57,439 nucleotides of DNA from a virus (Duplodnaviria; Caudoviricetes): the IMG/VR virus record IMGVR_UViG_3300046737_000215, positions 1-57,439 of that record. One strand, 5' to 3'. Position numbers and translations under genes: made by a program. The first letter of the stretch is position 1. The number at the start of each line of letters is the position of its first letter. The notes beneath the pieces are model-generated. The model was not told the origin of the DNA. It worked only from the letters and a program-made list of their open reading frames with translations, and searched no databases. Shown in pieces: positions 46,813 to 55,189 of the stretch.

Positions 46813-47628
46813 GTGGATGACGTGGACGCGATTCTTAATCTCACAGATGCCGTGGCTCGCATAGAGAGCAAACTGGAGGCGGCACAAGACGCTGAACCGC
46901 AGACACGGGAACTTCTCCGGTTGACGATTCGCGAGGCCGTAAGCGAGGCCCTGAACCCCATAGACGCTCGCCTAGACGCCCTCGAACGCGACGTCGCGCG
47001 TGCCAAGACCGCCGGGGCCGTAATAGCCGCCGCGGTAGCGTTCCTCGCCCCGGTGGCCAGCTGGCTACTCCCCAGGTTGACGGTGCTTTTATCCACGCTC
47101 GCGGTGCTGAGTTGCACTACCTTAGCCGGATGCGCCGCGCTGCCTAGCGACGTGGCCGAGTTGCCCGCCGGCGTGCCTGAAGGGCGCACGGACCTTAGAT
47201 GGTGCGAGCTGGAGCGCCCCGTTTACGTAGTGATTTCCGACGCGGTGCCCGCCGAGACCGCCTTGACGATGCTCAGCGCAATCGAGTGGTGGGCTGCCCG
47301 AGGCGTCGACTACCTCGTGCCCGTAGTCCGCCCCGCCGCCGAGGCGCCCCGCGACGTACCCGGGCACCGGGAAATCCGGGTCGTGCCGTCGGCCTTAGAG
47401 GAGCCGCTGCTGGGCTACACGAGCTACCGGTATTGGCCCGAAGGCTGCCTAGTGTCGGCGCAAATCGAGCTCCGCATCCCGAGGCTTCAATCCGGGGCTC
47501 ACGAACTCGGGCACGCCCTCGGGCTCGGGCACTCGGAAGACCCCTGGAATCTGATGTACTTCGGCGCCTATCCGGAGAAGGACGGGCCTTGGGACTTGAC
47601 ACCCGAGCAGATCGAGGCGGTAAAGTGA
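46813..47628 (+). CDS. Coiled-coil/TM segment fused to a lipobox and a matrixin-like zinc metalloprotease
   Basis: LAGC after a hydrophobic stretch; HELGHALGLGH and the LMY Met-turn. Confidence 0.8.
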   Translation: MDDVDAILNLTDAVARIESKLEAAQDAEPQTRELLRLTIREAVSEALNPIDARLDALERDVARAKTAGAVIAAAVAFLAPVASWLLPRLTVLLSTLAVLSCTTLAGCAALPSDVAELPAGVPEGRTDLRWCELERPVYVVISDAVPAETALTMLSAIEWWAARGVDYLVPVVRPAAEAPRDVPGHREIRVVPSALEEPLLGYTSYRYWPEGCLVSAQIELRIPRLQSGAHELGHALGLGHSEDPWNLMYFGAYPEKDGPWDLTPEQIEAVK

Positions 47629-48080
47629 AGAAGAAGTACGCCAGCGACGACATCGAGCTGCTTCTGCCGTCGTTTCGCCCGATAGCCCGCGCGCTGCTTG
47701 AGCGCATGGCAGCTCGGGGCCACGACGCCTGCCCGTTCGACACCCTCCGGACGCCAGAGCAGGCCCTCCGGAACGCCCAGCGCGGCACTGGGAGCCTCCA
47801 GTCCATACATATGTGGGGCTGCGCCATCGACGTGATTTGCCAGCAGCACGGCTGGGACTGTGCCAAGCATAAGTGCCGCTTCTTCCAAGACCTAGGCGCC
47901 GAAGCCAAGGCGCTTGGGTTGATTTGGGGCGGCGAGTGGGCTCGTCGAGACATGCCGCACTGCCAAGTGATACCGGTCGGCAAGTGGCAGAACGAGATGC
48001 GTCGGCTTCCTATCGGACCTGAGTCCGAAGGCGCCAGGGACGCACTCGTTCGCCGCTACTTGGCTACCTTCAAACGATAA
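47625..48080 (+). CDS. M15-family peptidase endolysin
   Basis: TLRTPEQ, SIHMWGCAID, LIWGGEW..DMPHCQ; GTGA overlap. Confidence 0.85.
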   Translation: MKKKYASDDIELLLPSFRPIARALLERMAARGHDACPFDTLRTPEQALRNAQRGTGSLQSIHMWGCAIDVICQQHGWDCAKHKCRFFQDLGAEAKALGLIWGGEWARRDMPHCQVIPVGKWQNEMRRLPIGPESEGARDALVRRYLATFKR

Positions 48081-48521
48081 CCGCTTCGCTCAAGTACCCA
48101 TCCGGGTCGTCGGCTGACAAGTAGGACGCCAACACCGGCGCGTTGATAGGGCGGGGCTCCAGGTAGTCCAAGGACATCACTGTCCGGTGCCCGTGGCCGA
48201 AGTATTGGAGCTCTCGGAGCGCTTCGATCAACTCGTCAACGGTCATAAATCGCCCCATCCCAGGCCGCCACGAACGCGGCGACTAGAGACCAAAACGAAA
48301 TCACGATTAGCGCCATAAGCGCCAACTCGGCGGCGAACTCTTTGACTCGTTCAATCATTTTACACTCCCCACTTGGTGAATGACTAGCCACAAAGTCAGA
48401 AACAAGACTCCGACTCCGGGCGCTGCCGGGCCTAGGAGGTAGGCCGCCAGGAGCAGCAGACCGACCGCAGCCCCGGCGGTCATGCACACGAACAAAGTCG
48501 TGATGAAGGACTCTAGGTATT

Positions 48522-48749
48522 TCATCGGCACGTTGTCACACACACTGACCCGGCGAGGGGCGGCGCGTTTTCCGAGTAGACGATGGGCGGATTGCACTTA
48601 GTCGAGCAGCTCTGGATCGTGACCTTCGTGCCGATGGGCAGCTTAGGCGACGAAGCGCAGCCCGAGAAGAGCGCGACGCCCGCGATGGCCGCTAGCGTGA
48701 TTGTGACGCCCAATGAAAGTCCCACTACCATATCTCTTAGCTCGTTCAT
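48522..48749 (-). CDS. Small lipoprotein
   Basis: Hydrophobic signal ending LFSGC; AAGGAG SD. Confidence 0.6.
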   Translation of the reverse strand: MNELRDMVVGLSLGVTITLAAIAGVALFSGCASSPKLPIGTKVTIQSCSTKCNPPIVYSENAPPLAGSVCVTTCR

Positions 48750-48847
48750 CTTTGACTCCTTGGTTCCTAACCTAGCACGTCGCCACTACCATATCTCTTA
48801 GCTCGTTCATCTTTGACTCCTTGGTTCCTAACCTAGCACGTCGCCAC
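48722..48847. repeat. Perfect tandem duplication, 61-bp period
   Basis: 48722-48786 equals 48783-48847, with CCAC microhomology at the boundaries. Confidence 0.95.
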
Positions 48848-48979
48848 AGCGATAATCAAACCCCAAATCCCGATCGACAGGATTATCCCCCAGCGGAGAC
48901 CCCGCGCGATATTCCCAGGCGCCACGGCGTCCCGGGCCTCTTCGTCGATAGTGTCCCAGCATTCGCCTCTAATAATCAT
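48833..48979 (-). CDS. 48-aa membrane peptide
   Basis: MIIRGECW...WGIILSIGIWGLIIAVATC; ATGA coupling. Confidence 0.5.
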   Translation of the reverse strand: MIIRGECWDTIDEEARDAVAPGNIARGLRWGIILSIGIWGLIIAVATC

Positions 48980-49248
48980 GGGTGCATCCCTTCGTACTCG
49001 TACCATTCATAGACCGCGTCGGTCAGGCTGTTGGCAAAGTGGTCGACAAAGCCAACCACCGACTCGTGCGTGTCGCGTTCCGACGCAGAGCGAACGAGGT
49101 CCATAGACAGTCGGAACTCGAACCCCCAGCCAGGTGTGTACGACCAACTCCCGGTGTTTGATGTCCGTGCGTAGAGCCTTCAGCTCGTCTGCGCCGTCTG
49201 AAAGCCGCCGTAGGAGGAAGTCAAAGCAGCGCATACTCTCGTCGGGAG

Positions 49249-49548
49249 TCATTGGTCGTCTCCTGCTGCCCGGAGAACCGCCAAAGCGACTTCGCGCCAA
49301 CTCTTCTTGGACAGCTCCGACTCGTACTTGAACGCCATATCCGACGTACCCGGGCCGATGGCATAGAACTCGTCATGGGCTGCCGCCGCGCAGCGCTCGA
49401 TGGACTCCGCGAGGCGCTGGGCAGCAGTAGGGGTTGCCGGCAAAGCCGGGGGCGGCGGCAGCAGGGTGTCGGCCAGCGCGTCTTCGAGCTCGAACCCGAG
49501 TTCTTCCCGCAACGCCCTAAGCTGCTCTTCGGTGAAGGTCTTGATCAT
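49249..49548 (-). CDS. Hypothetical protein
   Basis: 99-aa coupled ORF. Confidence 0.65.
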   Translation of the reverse strand: MIKTFTEEQLRALREELGFELEDALADTLLPPPPALPATPTAAQRLAESIERCAAAAHDEFYAIGPGTSDMAFKYESELSKKSWREVALAVLRAAGDDQ

Positions 49549-49875
49549 TTATGACCGCCCCGCTCTGTAGACGAAAGCAATGAGCTTGCCGCCTGAAACA
49601 TCTAAGTCCTTCAGCACGTCACGCTGCTCTGCCATCGCCTCTTCGGCATCCGCCTGGAGGTCAAAGCGCCCGAACTGTTCCATCCATTCCAGCGCGGACA
49701 CTTCGGTCGTGTGGCTCGGGGTAAGAACGGGCGTGCCACCTCGGCGCTGAGAGAAGTAGATGCGGGAGACGCCACCGACTAGGTCGATGAGGACGGCTTC
49801 GGCGGTGATGGACTGACCATCGTTGACGAGTTGGTGCATTTCAGTGAGGTCATAATCGTCTGGGTGCGTAGTCAT
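49549..49875 (-). CDS. Hypothetical protein
   Basis: ATGA overlap with the RuvC-like gene. Confidence 0.6.
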   Translation of the reverse strand: MTTHPDDYDLTEMHQLVNDGQSITAEAVLIDLVGGVSRIYFSQRRGGTPVLTPSHTTEVSALEWMEQFGRFDLQADAEEAMAEQRDVLKDLDVSGGKLIAFVYRAGRS

Positions 49876-50369
49876 TCTGGCCATCCGCATTTCTTGTGTG
49901 CCCTACCCGCTACCGACAAACCGATGCCGACCGCGGAAGTGACTTCCTTGTGAATAGACTTTGGCAGTTTCGAGCATGCCTCGTCTACCACTATCTTTTC
50001 CTCGGGTGAGAGAACGCACCTCGACCGAGTCTGTTCAACGTCCCGTTTTACGCCGCCCTTCCAGGCACTGGGCTTCACCCACGCGTTACCCAGGAACCCC
50101 GCCAGCGTCTGCAAATCGATTAGGTCTTGGGCGGGCACTTTGTATATTTGAATCATGTGCTCAGCCACGACAGGGTAGAGCCCGCACGACATCCGCACCT
50201 CTCTGAAAAGGTCGCCTTGTCCGCGGATGCGCTGACCCATCGTCAGCCAACTCTTATGGTTACGCAGCACGCCGGCCGCCAGTAGGCGCTCGTGGACGAA
50301 CAGCGCCCAGCCGCTACCCCCGACCTTGGCCAAGCCCGGGTCGACGGCGTAGAAGGATGAGGGTCTCAT
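49872..50369 (-). CDS. RuvC-like Holliday junction resolvase
   Basis: YAVDPG..GWALF, VVAE, VKPSAWK, SAVGIG. Confidence 0.7.
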   Translation of the reverse strand: MRPSSFYAVDPGLAKVGGSGWALFVHERLLAAGVLRNHKSWLTMGQRIRGQGDLFREVRMSCGLYPVVAEHMIQIYKVPAQDLIDLQTLAGFLGNAWVKPSAWKGGVKRDVEQTRSRCVLSPEEKIVVDEACSKLPKSIHKEVTSAVGIGLSVAGRAHKKCGWPE

Positions 50370-50983
50370 TTCGCCCTCAGCGCGGCGTCAAGCCGGAAGA
50401 CCACGCCCGGCACCACCGGCGGGTTGTCCTTGTCGGCGGCAGAGCAAACCTTCCTAAGCGCGGCTTCATCCGGCATCAGGAACTCTGCGGGCATCTCGGC
50501 GACCACGCACGAGTCGACCTTCCACACCATCCGCACCGTCGACCCGGTCGTTTCGACGTGCTGCGGGACGTGCGCCAGCGCCGCCATGACGCCCGCCGAA
50601 TCGCCGGTGGCTGCAGCGGTCTCCGCCAGCCGGAGAGCGGCGCGTTCGGCCTCTAGGCGCCCGCAAGCGGCCATTCTGAGTTTGTCGCGAATGATAGTCT
50701 CGCACTCCTTCAGCGGCTTCGTGGCCGGGCTGAACATCGCATCGATGCGCTTCTTGGCTTCGAGGAGCGGCTTCGTCAGCGACGTCCGGTTGTCTTCGAG
50801 GACCTTGATAAGCCCACGGACGTCCGAGAGACGCTCCGAGTACCACGCCTCGGCTTCGGGGGTCTTGCAAGGCGTATGCGTCAAGAACTCGACGAGCCCT
50901 ACGGCTTGCTGCTTGTATGACGCGAGCTCCGCCACGTCAACGCCTACCGATTTGACGATGGAATCTGCTTTATCCTTAGACAT
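50366..50983 (-). CDS. Coiled-coil phage protein (recombination/nuclease-inhibitor type, uncertain)
   Basis: RTSLTKPLLEAKKRIDAMF..; C-terminal MPAEFLMPD..VPGV. Confidence 0.55.
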   Translation of the reverse strand: MSKDKADSIVKSVGVDVAELASYKQQAVGLVEFLTHTPCKTPEAEAWYSERLSDVRGLIKVLEDNRTSLTKPLLEAKKRIDAMFSPATKPLKECETIIRDKLRMAACGRLEAERAALRLAETAAATGDSAGVMAALAHVPQHVETTGSTVRMVWKVDSCVVAEMPAEFLMPDEAALRKVCSAADKDNPPVVPGVVFRLDAALRAK

Positions 50984-51335
50984 TGTACAACCTCGCTACG
51001 GCGCAACACGCCTCAAAAGAACCTCGGGCCTTGAGCTCGTGATTTACGTACAGAAGGAGCAGGCCGGTGTACTTCCGGCGTCCGGACACCTCTCTCGAAT
51101 AGCACGCGCCCGTCAAGTCTTCTTCGCCTACGATGTGAATATTCGGCATGTGAAATCACCAAACGCTTATTTCGAGGCCCAACACGCACAAATACCCGAA
51201 GTCCGGGATGAACGAGAACGCCCAAGGTGACTTGTCTTCCCAATCGACCCATTCAGAGCGGGGCTTCCAGGTGACTAGGAGACTGCGGTTGGGTTTGTTG
51301 GAGCGATGTTCGAATAGGACTTTCATCTGGGTAGA

Positions 51336-53567
51336 CTACTTGGGTTTAGCCTGAGAGGCAAGCAAGAAGTCCTCGTACACGGCGAGCGTGCCGTCCGGCC
51401 AATAGACGGCGTCGCCGCCCGACTTCGACCATCTTCTAGTGGCGGCGGGCTTCGCCTGGATGAGGACATCCGTGCAGATTTCCTGTGCTCCGCCTACCCA
51501 AAGCTCTTCCAACCGCTTAGCTGCCGCGACGTATGTTTCTTCCGCAGATTCGACGAGGGCTTGGTCGTGGACGAACGCGATCGGCCGCGAGCCAAACAGC
51601 GCGGAAGCCGGCACGGCGTAACACTCAACCGTCACGCGCCACGTGGACTCCTTCGCGCAGTCGGACCCAAGCCCCTGGAACCATGAGTTATTCCCGTCCG
51701 TGTAGCGGCACCCGCCTCGGACGCGCAGAGAGTACGGGTGGGTCATTCGGATACCCGACTCACTCTTGGAGGTCTTGGCGCCTACCTTATTGGGCGGGCA
51801 TACCCCGGAGTTCATAATCTCCAAGTACCGCTCGCGCTGACGGTACTCCTCCTTGACCAAGCCCTTGACGACTACGAACTTGCCCTTGGCGTCCTTGCCC
51901 TTCCAGCCCGCGATGGCCTTAGCGACTTCCTCCGTGACCGTCACGCCGTAGTTGTCCTGGCAGTACCCGATGAGACGAGCCCAGCCCATTCCTCCGGGCA
52001 AACCGTACGCAGGGCCTTTGGCTAAGTTGCGCATCTCCTTGAAACGCTTCGGGTCGGTCGCCTTCATGGCGTAGCCCTCGGCCGCCGAAATCCCGTAGAT
52101 TCTCGCCCCTAGCTCCACGAGCGCCGACCGCTTCGGGTCGTTGAGGATTACCGCTAGGTCCGACTCGCCGAACAGCCACATCTCGACCTGGGCAAGCATG
52201 CACTGCTCTAGCCCGGTGAAGTCGATGTCGAGGATGACGTTGCCCGGGCGGGCCACCATTATCTCGCGCACGCCGGGGACTTCCACCTCGCCGTCGTACT
52301 TGCAGCTCTCGCAGCCCGCTCCGGCGCAACTCGGGCACGGCCCCGTCACGGCCTTCGGCGGGTTCTGGACCTGTACGCCGTACGCCATTGGGGCCTGCCC
52401 CGGCTTGGGGTCCTTGCCTTGGGAGCAGCTCGTGCGCCCCGTGGCCTTCAGCGTAGTGTAGGACGGCTGGAGCACCGGCTTCGACCACCTCTTGACCTTG
52501 GACAGCAGCGTGCCGGCTTGCCCCGAGTCCGTGTACGCGATGAGTGCCGGGGACTTAGTCGCGCGGCACGCCGCGTCGTCGAGCTTGATGTTGCCGGCCG
52601 CATCGGGGTCCTTCTCGATCATCTTCTCGGTCGGCTTGCCCCTCGGCACGGGCAGCGAGTGCTCGGTGCACCACTGAACCATATACGCCTCGGCGGCCTT
52701 CTTGTTCGCCGAGCCGTCGGGGTTGCGCAGCGGCTTAGTCTCGGTTACCTCGTAAGCGACCTTCTGCTTGGCTACCGAGCGGGTCTTGGTCTTAGAGTAC
52801 GTGACATAGGTGCTTTGGCACAACTCCGCCGCCGCCGCGAGCTCGGCAGCGGTCTTCTCGTAGAGCTTAGCCGCTTGGACAGGGTCCGACCGGAAACCGT
52901 AGCATTGCATCAGGTACAGCGCGATGGACGCTCGTACTTGGCGGTGCTGGTCCTTGAGCCACGTCGGGTGCGCGGACTGGGCCAGGTAGAGCTCGTCGGT
53001 GGCGCGCACGTCCTCGGTGACGTACGCCACGGCGTCAGCCGGCCACTCCGACACGTGGGTGCCGTAGAGCGTCCCGTAGCGCTGGCGCCAAGCGTCCGCC
53101 TTATTGGGCTGAGTCGGGGTGCTCCAGCGGGCGCAGCACGCCCCGAGGTTGGTGCGGAAGCCCGATTCTTCGGACATATCGAAGCGCGCCAGCGCGATGT
53201 GGTATAGCGTCTCGCGGAGCTCCGTACAGACGATTCGGTCTTGGTGGGCGGCGCCCAGGAGCATTTGCGCCCACTCGACTGGGCGACCCAGCTGTGCCCC
53301 GTAGGACATCAGCCCGGCCACGTCGTATGCCACTTTATGGCCCACGAAGAACAGCGACTCGTCCCGGAAGAGCGACTCGACGACTCGCGGGAACGCGGGG
53401 TCGCCAGCGCCGACTAGGTGGACCTTGCCGCCGTCGATGGCGAAGGCCAGCACCACCGGAGGAGGTGCCTGGACGCACGGCGCGATCAGCATCGATTCGG
53501 TGTCGAACGTCACGCGGATATGCGGCTTAGGCTTCGAGCGGGTCAGCGAGAAATCGAATGGTTGCAT
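51336..53567 (-). CDS. polA: Family A DNA polymerase with a 3'-5' exonuclease domain
   Basis: Exo I FDTE, Exo II HKVAYD, Exo III YVTED; TGRTS, motif A DFTGLE, motif B RNLAKGPAYG, FQG, motif C VHDQ. Confidence 0.92.
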   Translation of the reverse strand: MQPFDFSLTRSKPKPHIRVTFDTESMLIAPCVQAPPPVVLAFAIDGGKVHLVGAGDPAFPRVVESLFRDESLFFVGHKVAYDVAGLMSYGAQLGRPVEWAQMLLGAAHQDRIVCTELRETLYHIALARFDMSEESGFRTNLGACCARWSTPTQPNKADAWRQRYGTLYGTHVSEWPADAVAYVTEDVRATDELYLAQSAHPTWLKDQHRQVRASIALYLMQCYGFRSDPVQAAKLYEKTAAELAAAAELCQSTYVTYSKTKTRSVAKQKVAYEVTETKPLRNPDGSANKKAAEAYMVQWCTEHSLPVPRGKPTEKMIEKDPDAAGNIKLDDAACRATKSPALIAYTDSGQAGTLLSKVKRWSKPVLQPSYTTLKATGRTSCSQGKDPKPGQAPMAYGVQVQNPPKAVTGPCPSCAGAGCESCKYDGEVEVPGVREIMVARPGNVILDIDFTGLEQCMLAQVEMWLFGESDLAVILNDPKRSALVELGARIYGISAAEGYAMKATDPKRFKEMRNLAKGPAYGLPGGMGWARLIGYCQDNYGVTVTEEVAKAIAGWKGKDAKGKFVVVKGLVKEEYRQRERYLEIMNSGVCPPNKVGAKTSKSESGIRMTHPYSLRVRGGCRYTDGNNSWFQGLGSDCAKESTWRVTVECYAVPASALFGSRPIAFVHDQALVESAEETYVAAAKRLEELWVGGAQEICTDVLIQAKPAATRRWSKSGGDAVYWPDGTLAVYEDFLLASQAKPK

Positions 53568-53593
53568 ATATTCTCCAACGATAACGCACGGTC

Positions 53594-53622
53594 GGCCGTC
53601 CGTCCAGCCTAATCGCTAACCT
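53594..53622 (+). promoter_or_regulatory. GGCC-class promoter (leaderless), overlapping a divergent TGGACG-17-TATCGT promoter for the polymerase
   Basis: GGCCGT-17-TAACCT-6nt-GTG. Confidence 0.7.
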
Positions 53623-53628
53623 ACTGAA

Positions 53629-54018
53629 GTGCTTCGACTAAAAGACATCCGGGCGGCGTTCGCCACCTATAACCGAACGCTCTTCGGCGGGCGCCTTACC
53701 GAACCTCGGTTCGCGGTAAGGAAGATGCGCGACCTGGGGTGCTGGCACGAGCCCGGGCCGAAGTACCCAACCGGGCTGCTCGTGCTGGCGTCGGGCCAGA
53801 AGCACCCGATGTCGTGGCGCGCGACGCTAGTTCACGAGCTCCTCCACATCGCGGTGCCTGACTACGAAGCGGATGACCACGGACCCTTGTTTCTAGCAGA
53901 GGCCAACAAAGTCGGCAAGCTACTAGGACTGGACGAATGCGAGCCATGCGACGCGTGGGTGTGGCCCAGCCACAACGGCTCGTGGGAGCCCCCACCCGAC
54001 GCGAACATCCTCGACTAA
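53629..54018 (+). CDS. SprT-like zinc metallopeptidase
   Basis: YNRTLFGGRL, TLVHELLH, DHGPLF. Confidence 0.85.
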   Translation: MLRLKDIRAAFATYNRTLFGGRLTEPRFAVRKMRDLGCWHEPGPKYPTGLLVLASGQKHPMSWRATLVHELLHIAVPDYEADDHGPLFLAEANKVGKLLGLDECEPCDAWVWPSHNGSWEPPPDANILD

Positions 54019-54021
54019 GCG

Positions 54022-54597
54022 CTACGCCGACTGAAGCTCGCGAATGGTCTCCAAGCAGTCGTTGTATCCGTTGACGCGCTGCCAGTAATCCCAACTCATC
54101 GCGGAGCGGTTCCACGGCCGATCGAACAGCAGCGCGAAGCCGCCCATCCCGGCGCCGTCTTGCCACTTCGCACAGTTGGCGTTCGAGTCATCTACCAAAA
54201 AGTCCCCAATAACGAGCTCCTTGGCCGAGGTGATGACGATGTCGGACTTGGCAAAGCCGGCTTCGTTCTGCAGCCAGTTCCAGCGCTCCATAGCCCATCG
54301 GCCGCTAGCGGGCGAGGTGCACGCCACAACCCTCCCGAGTTGCCGCAGTTCCGAGAGAAACTGCCGCGCGCCGTCGTACATCGGAAGTTGGTAGACCAAG
54401 CGCGGCGTTGAGTTAATATGGCCCCAAATGTCGGCGTCTTGTTCTTTCGTGGCTACGCACCCGGTGAAGTCGAACGTGGTGATGTCCGTGATGTCACGGG
54501 AGACGCCGTGACGAGCGCGGAGTAGGTACAGATACGTCGAGGCGAAATCGACGATGCAGCCGTCGATGTCGAGGAGGATCGTGTCCGTGCGGCTCAT
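54022..54597 (-). CDS. HAD-family 5'(3')-deoxyribonucleotidase
   Basis: LLDIDGCIVDF, CTSP, KELV..DFLVDD, FDRPWN. Confidence 0.88.
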   Translation of the reverse strand: MSRTDTILLDIDGCIVDFASTYLYLLRARHGVSRDITDITTFDFTGCVATKEQDADIWGHINSTPRLVYQLPMYDGARQFLSELRQLGRVVACTSPASGRWAMERWNWLQNEAGFAKSDIVITSAKELVIGDFLVDDSNANCAKWQDGAGMGGFALLFDRPWNRSAMSWDYWQRVNGYNDCLETIRELQSA

Positions 54598-55166
54598 GAC
54601 TTCCTCGCAAAAAACTGTAGGAATGCGGCATTCGTAGCAACGTGGTCGACGTGGAGCCTACCGGACTCGGAGTCTCGCGACGTCAGCCCGTGCTTCTGGA
54701 TCTCTGCGAGGTGTCGCAGCAGCGCGGCCCGGTAGCGAGCCTCGGCATCCGGGACGAGCTGCCAAGAATCGGGCGCGTACTTGGCTGCGCCGTACGCCAA
54801 CACGTCGCCGATGCCCTCCAGGCACTCGCCTGGGATAAGGTCCATGCGGCTCTTCCCGGAGTCAAACTTACGGGAGTGATAGTCGTCGGTTCTGGCGACG
54901 GGCGCTTCGACGACGGGCTCGGTCATGAGCGAGATGTTGTCATTCGAGGCGACCAGGTCGACGTAGCATTCGTCCTCCCCGTCGTCCGGGTCGTAGCCGA
55001 TAGTTTCGGGACGTACGTAAGTGACCGTTGCCGGTCCACGATATCCGGTGTAGCTGTCATGAATCTCGACCCTATCGCCAACTTTGAACTTGCTCGTCAT
55101 ATCTTCTCCTTCGGGGGCGCACCCGGTACAGCCCGGCCAGCCCCAGCAACTCGATTGATGTCCCAT
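54594..55166 (-). CDS. DUF5664 dATP/dGTP diphosphohydrolase-like protein with an N-terminal SH3/KOW-like domain
   Basis: KFDSGKSRMDLIP..VLAYGAAKY..W..YRAALLRH..DSESGRLHVDHVATN; start may be 55100. Confidence 0.85.
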   Translation of the reverse strand: MGHQSSCWGWPGCTGCAPEGEDMTSKFKVGDRVEIHDSYTGYRGPATVTYVRPETIGYDPDDGEDECYVDLVASNDNISLMTEPVVEAPVARTDDYHSRKFDSGKSRMDLIPGECLEGIGDVLAYGAAKYAPDSWQLVPDAEARYRAALLRHLAEIQKHGLTSRDSESGRLHVDHVATNAAFLQFFARKS

Positions 55167-55189
55167 ATTGGATTCTTTCTAGTGGAGGG

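Noticed and set aside
54594-55166. Z-genome (diaminopurine) or other base-modification pathway
   Set aside because: DUF5664 alone is insufficient; no PurZ, DatZ or Que/Dpd-like genes recognised
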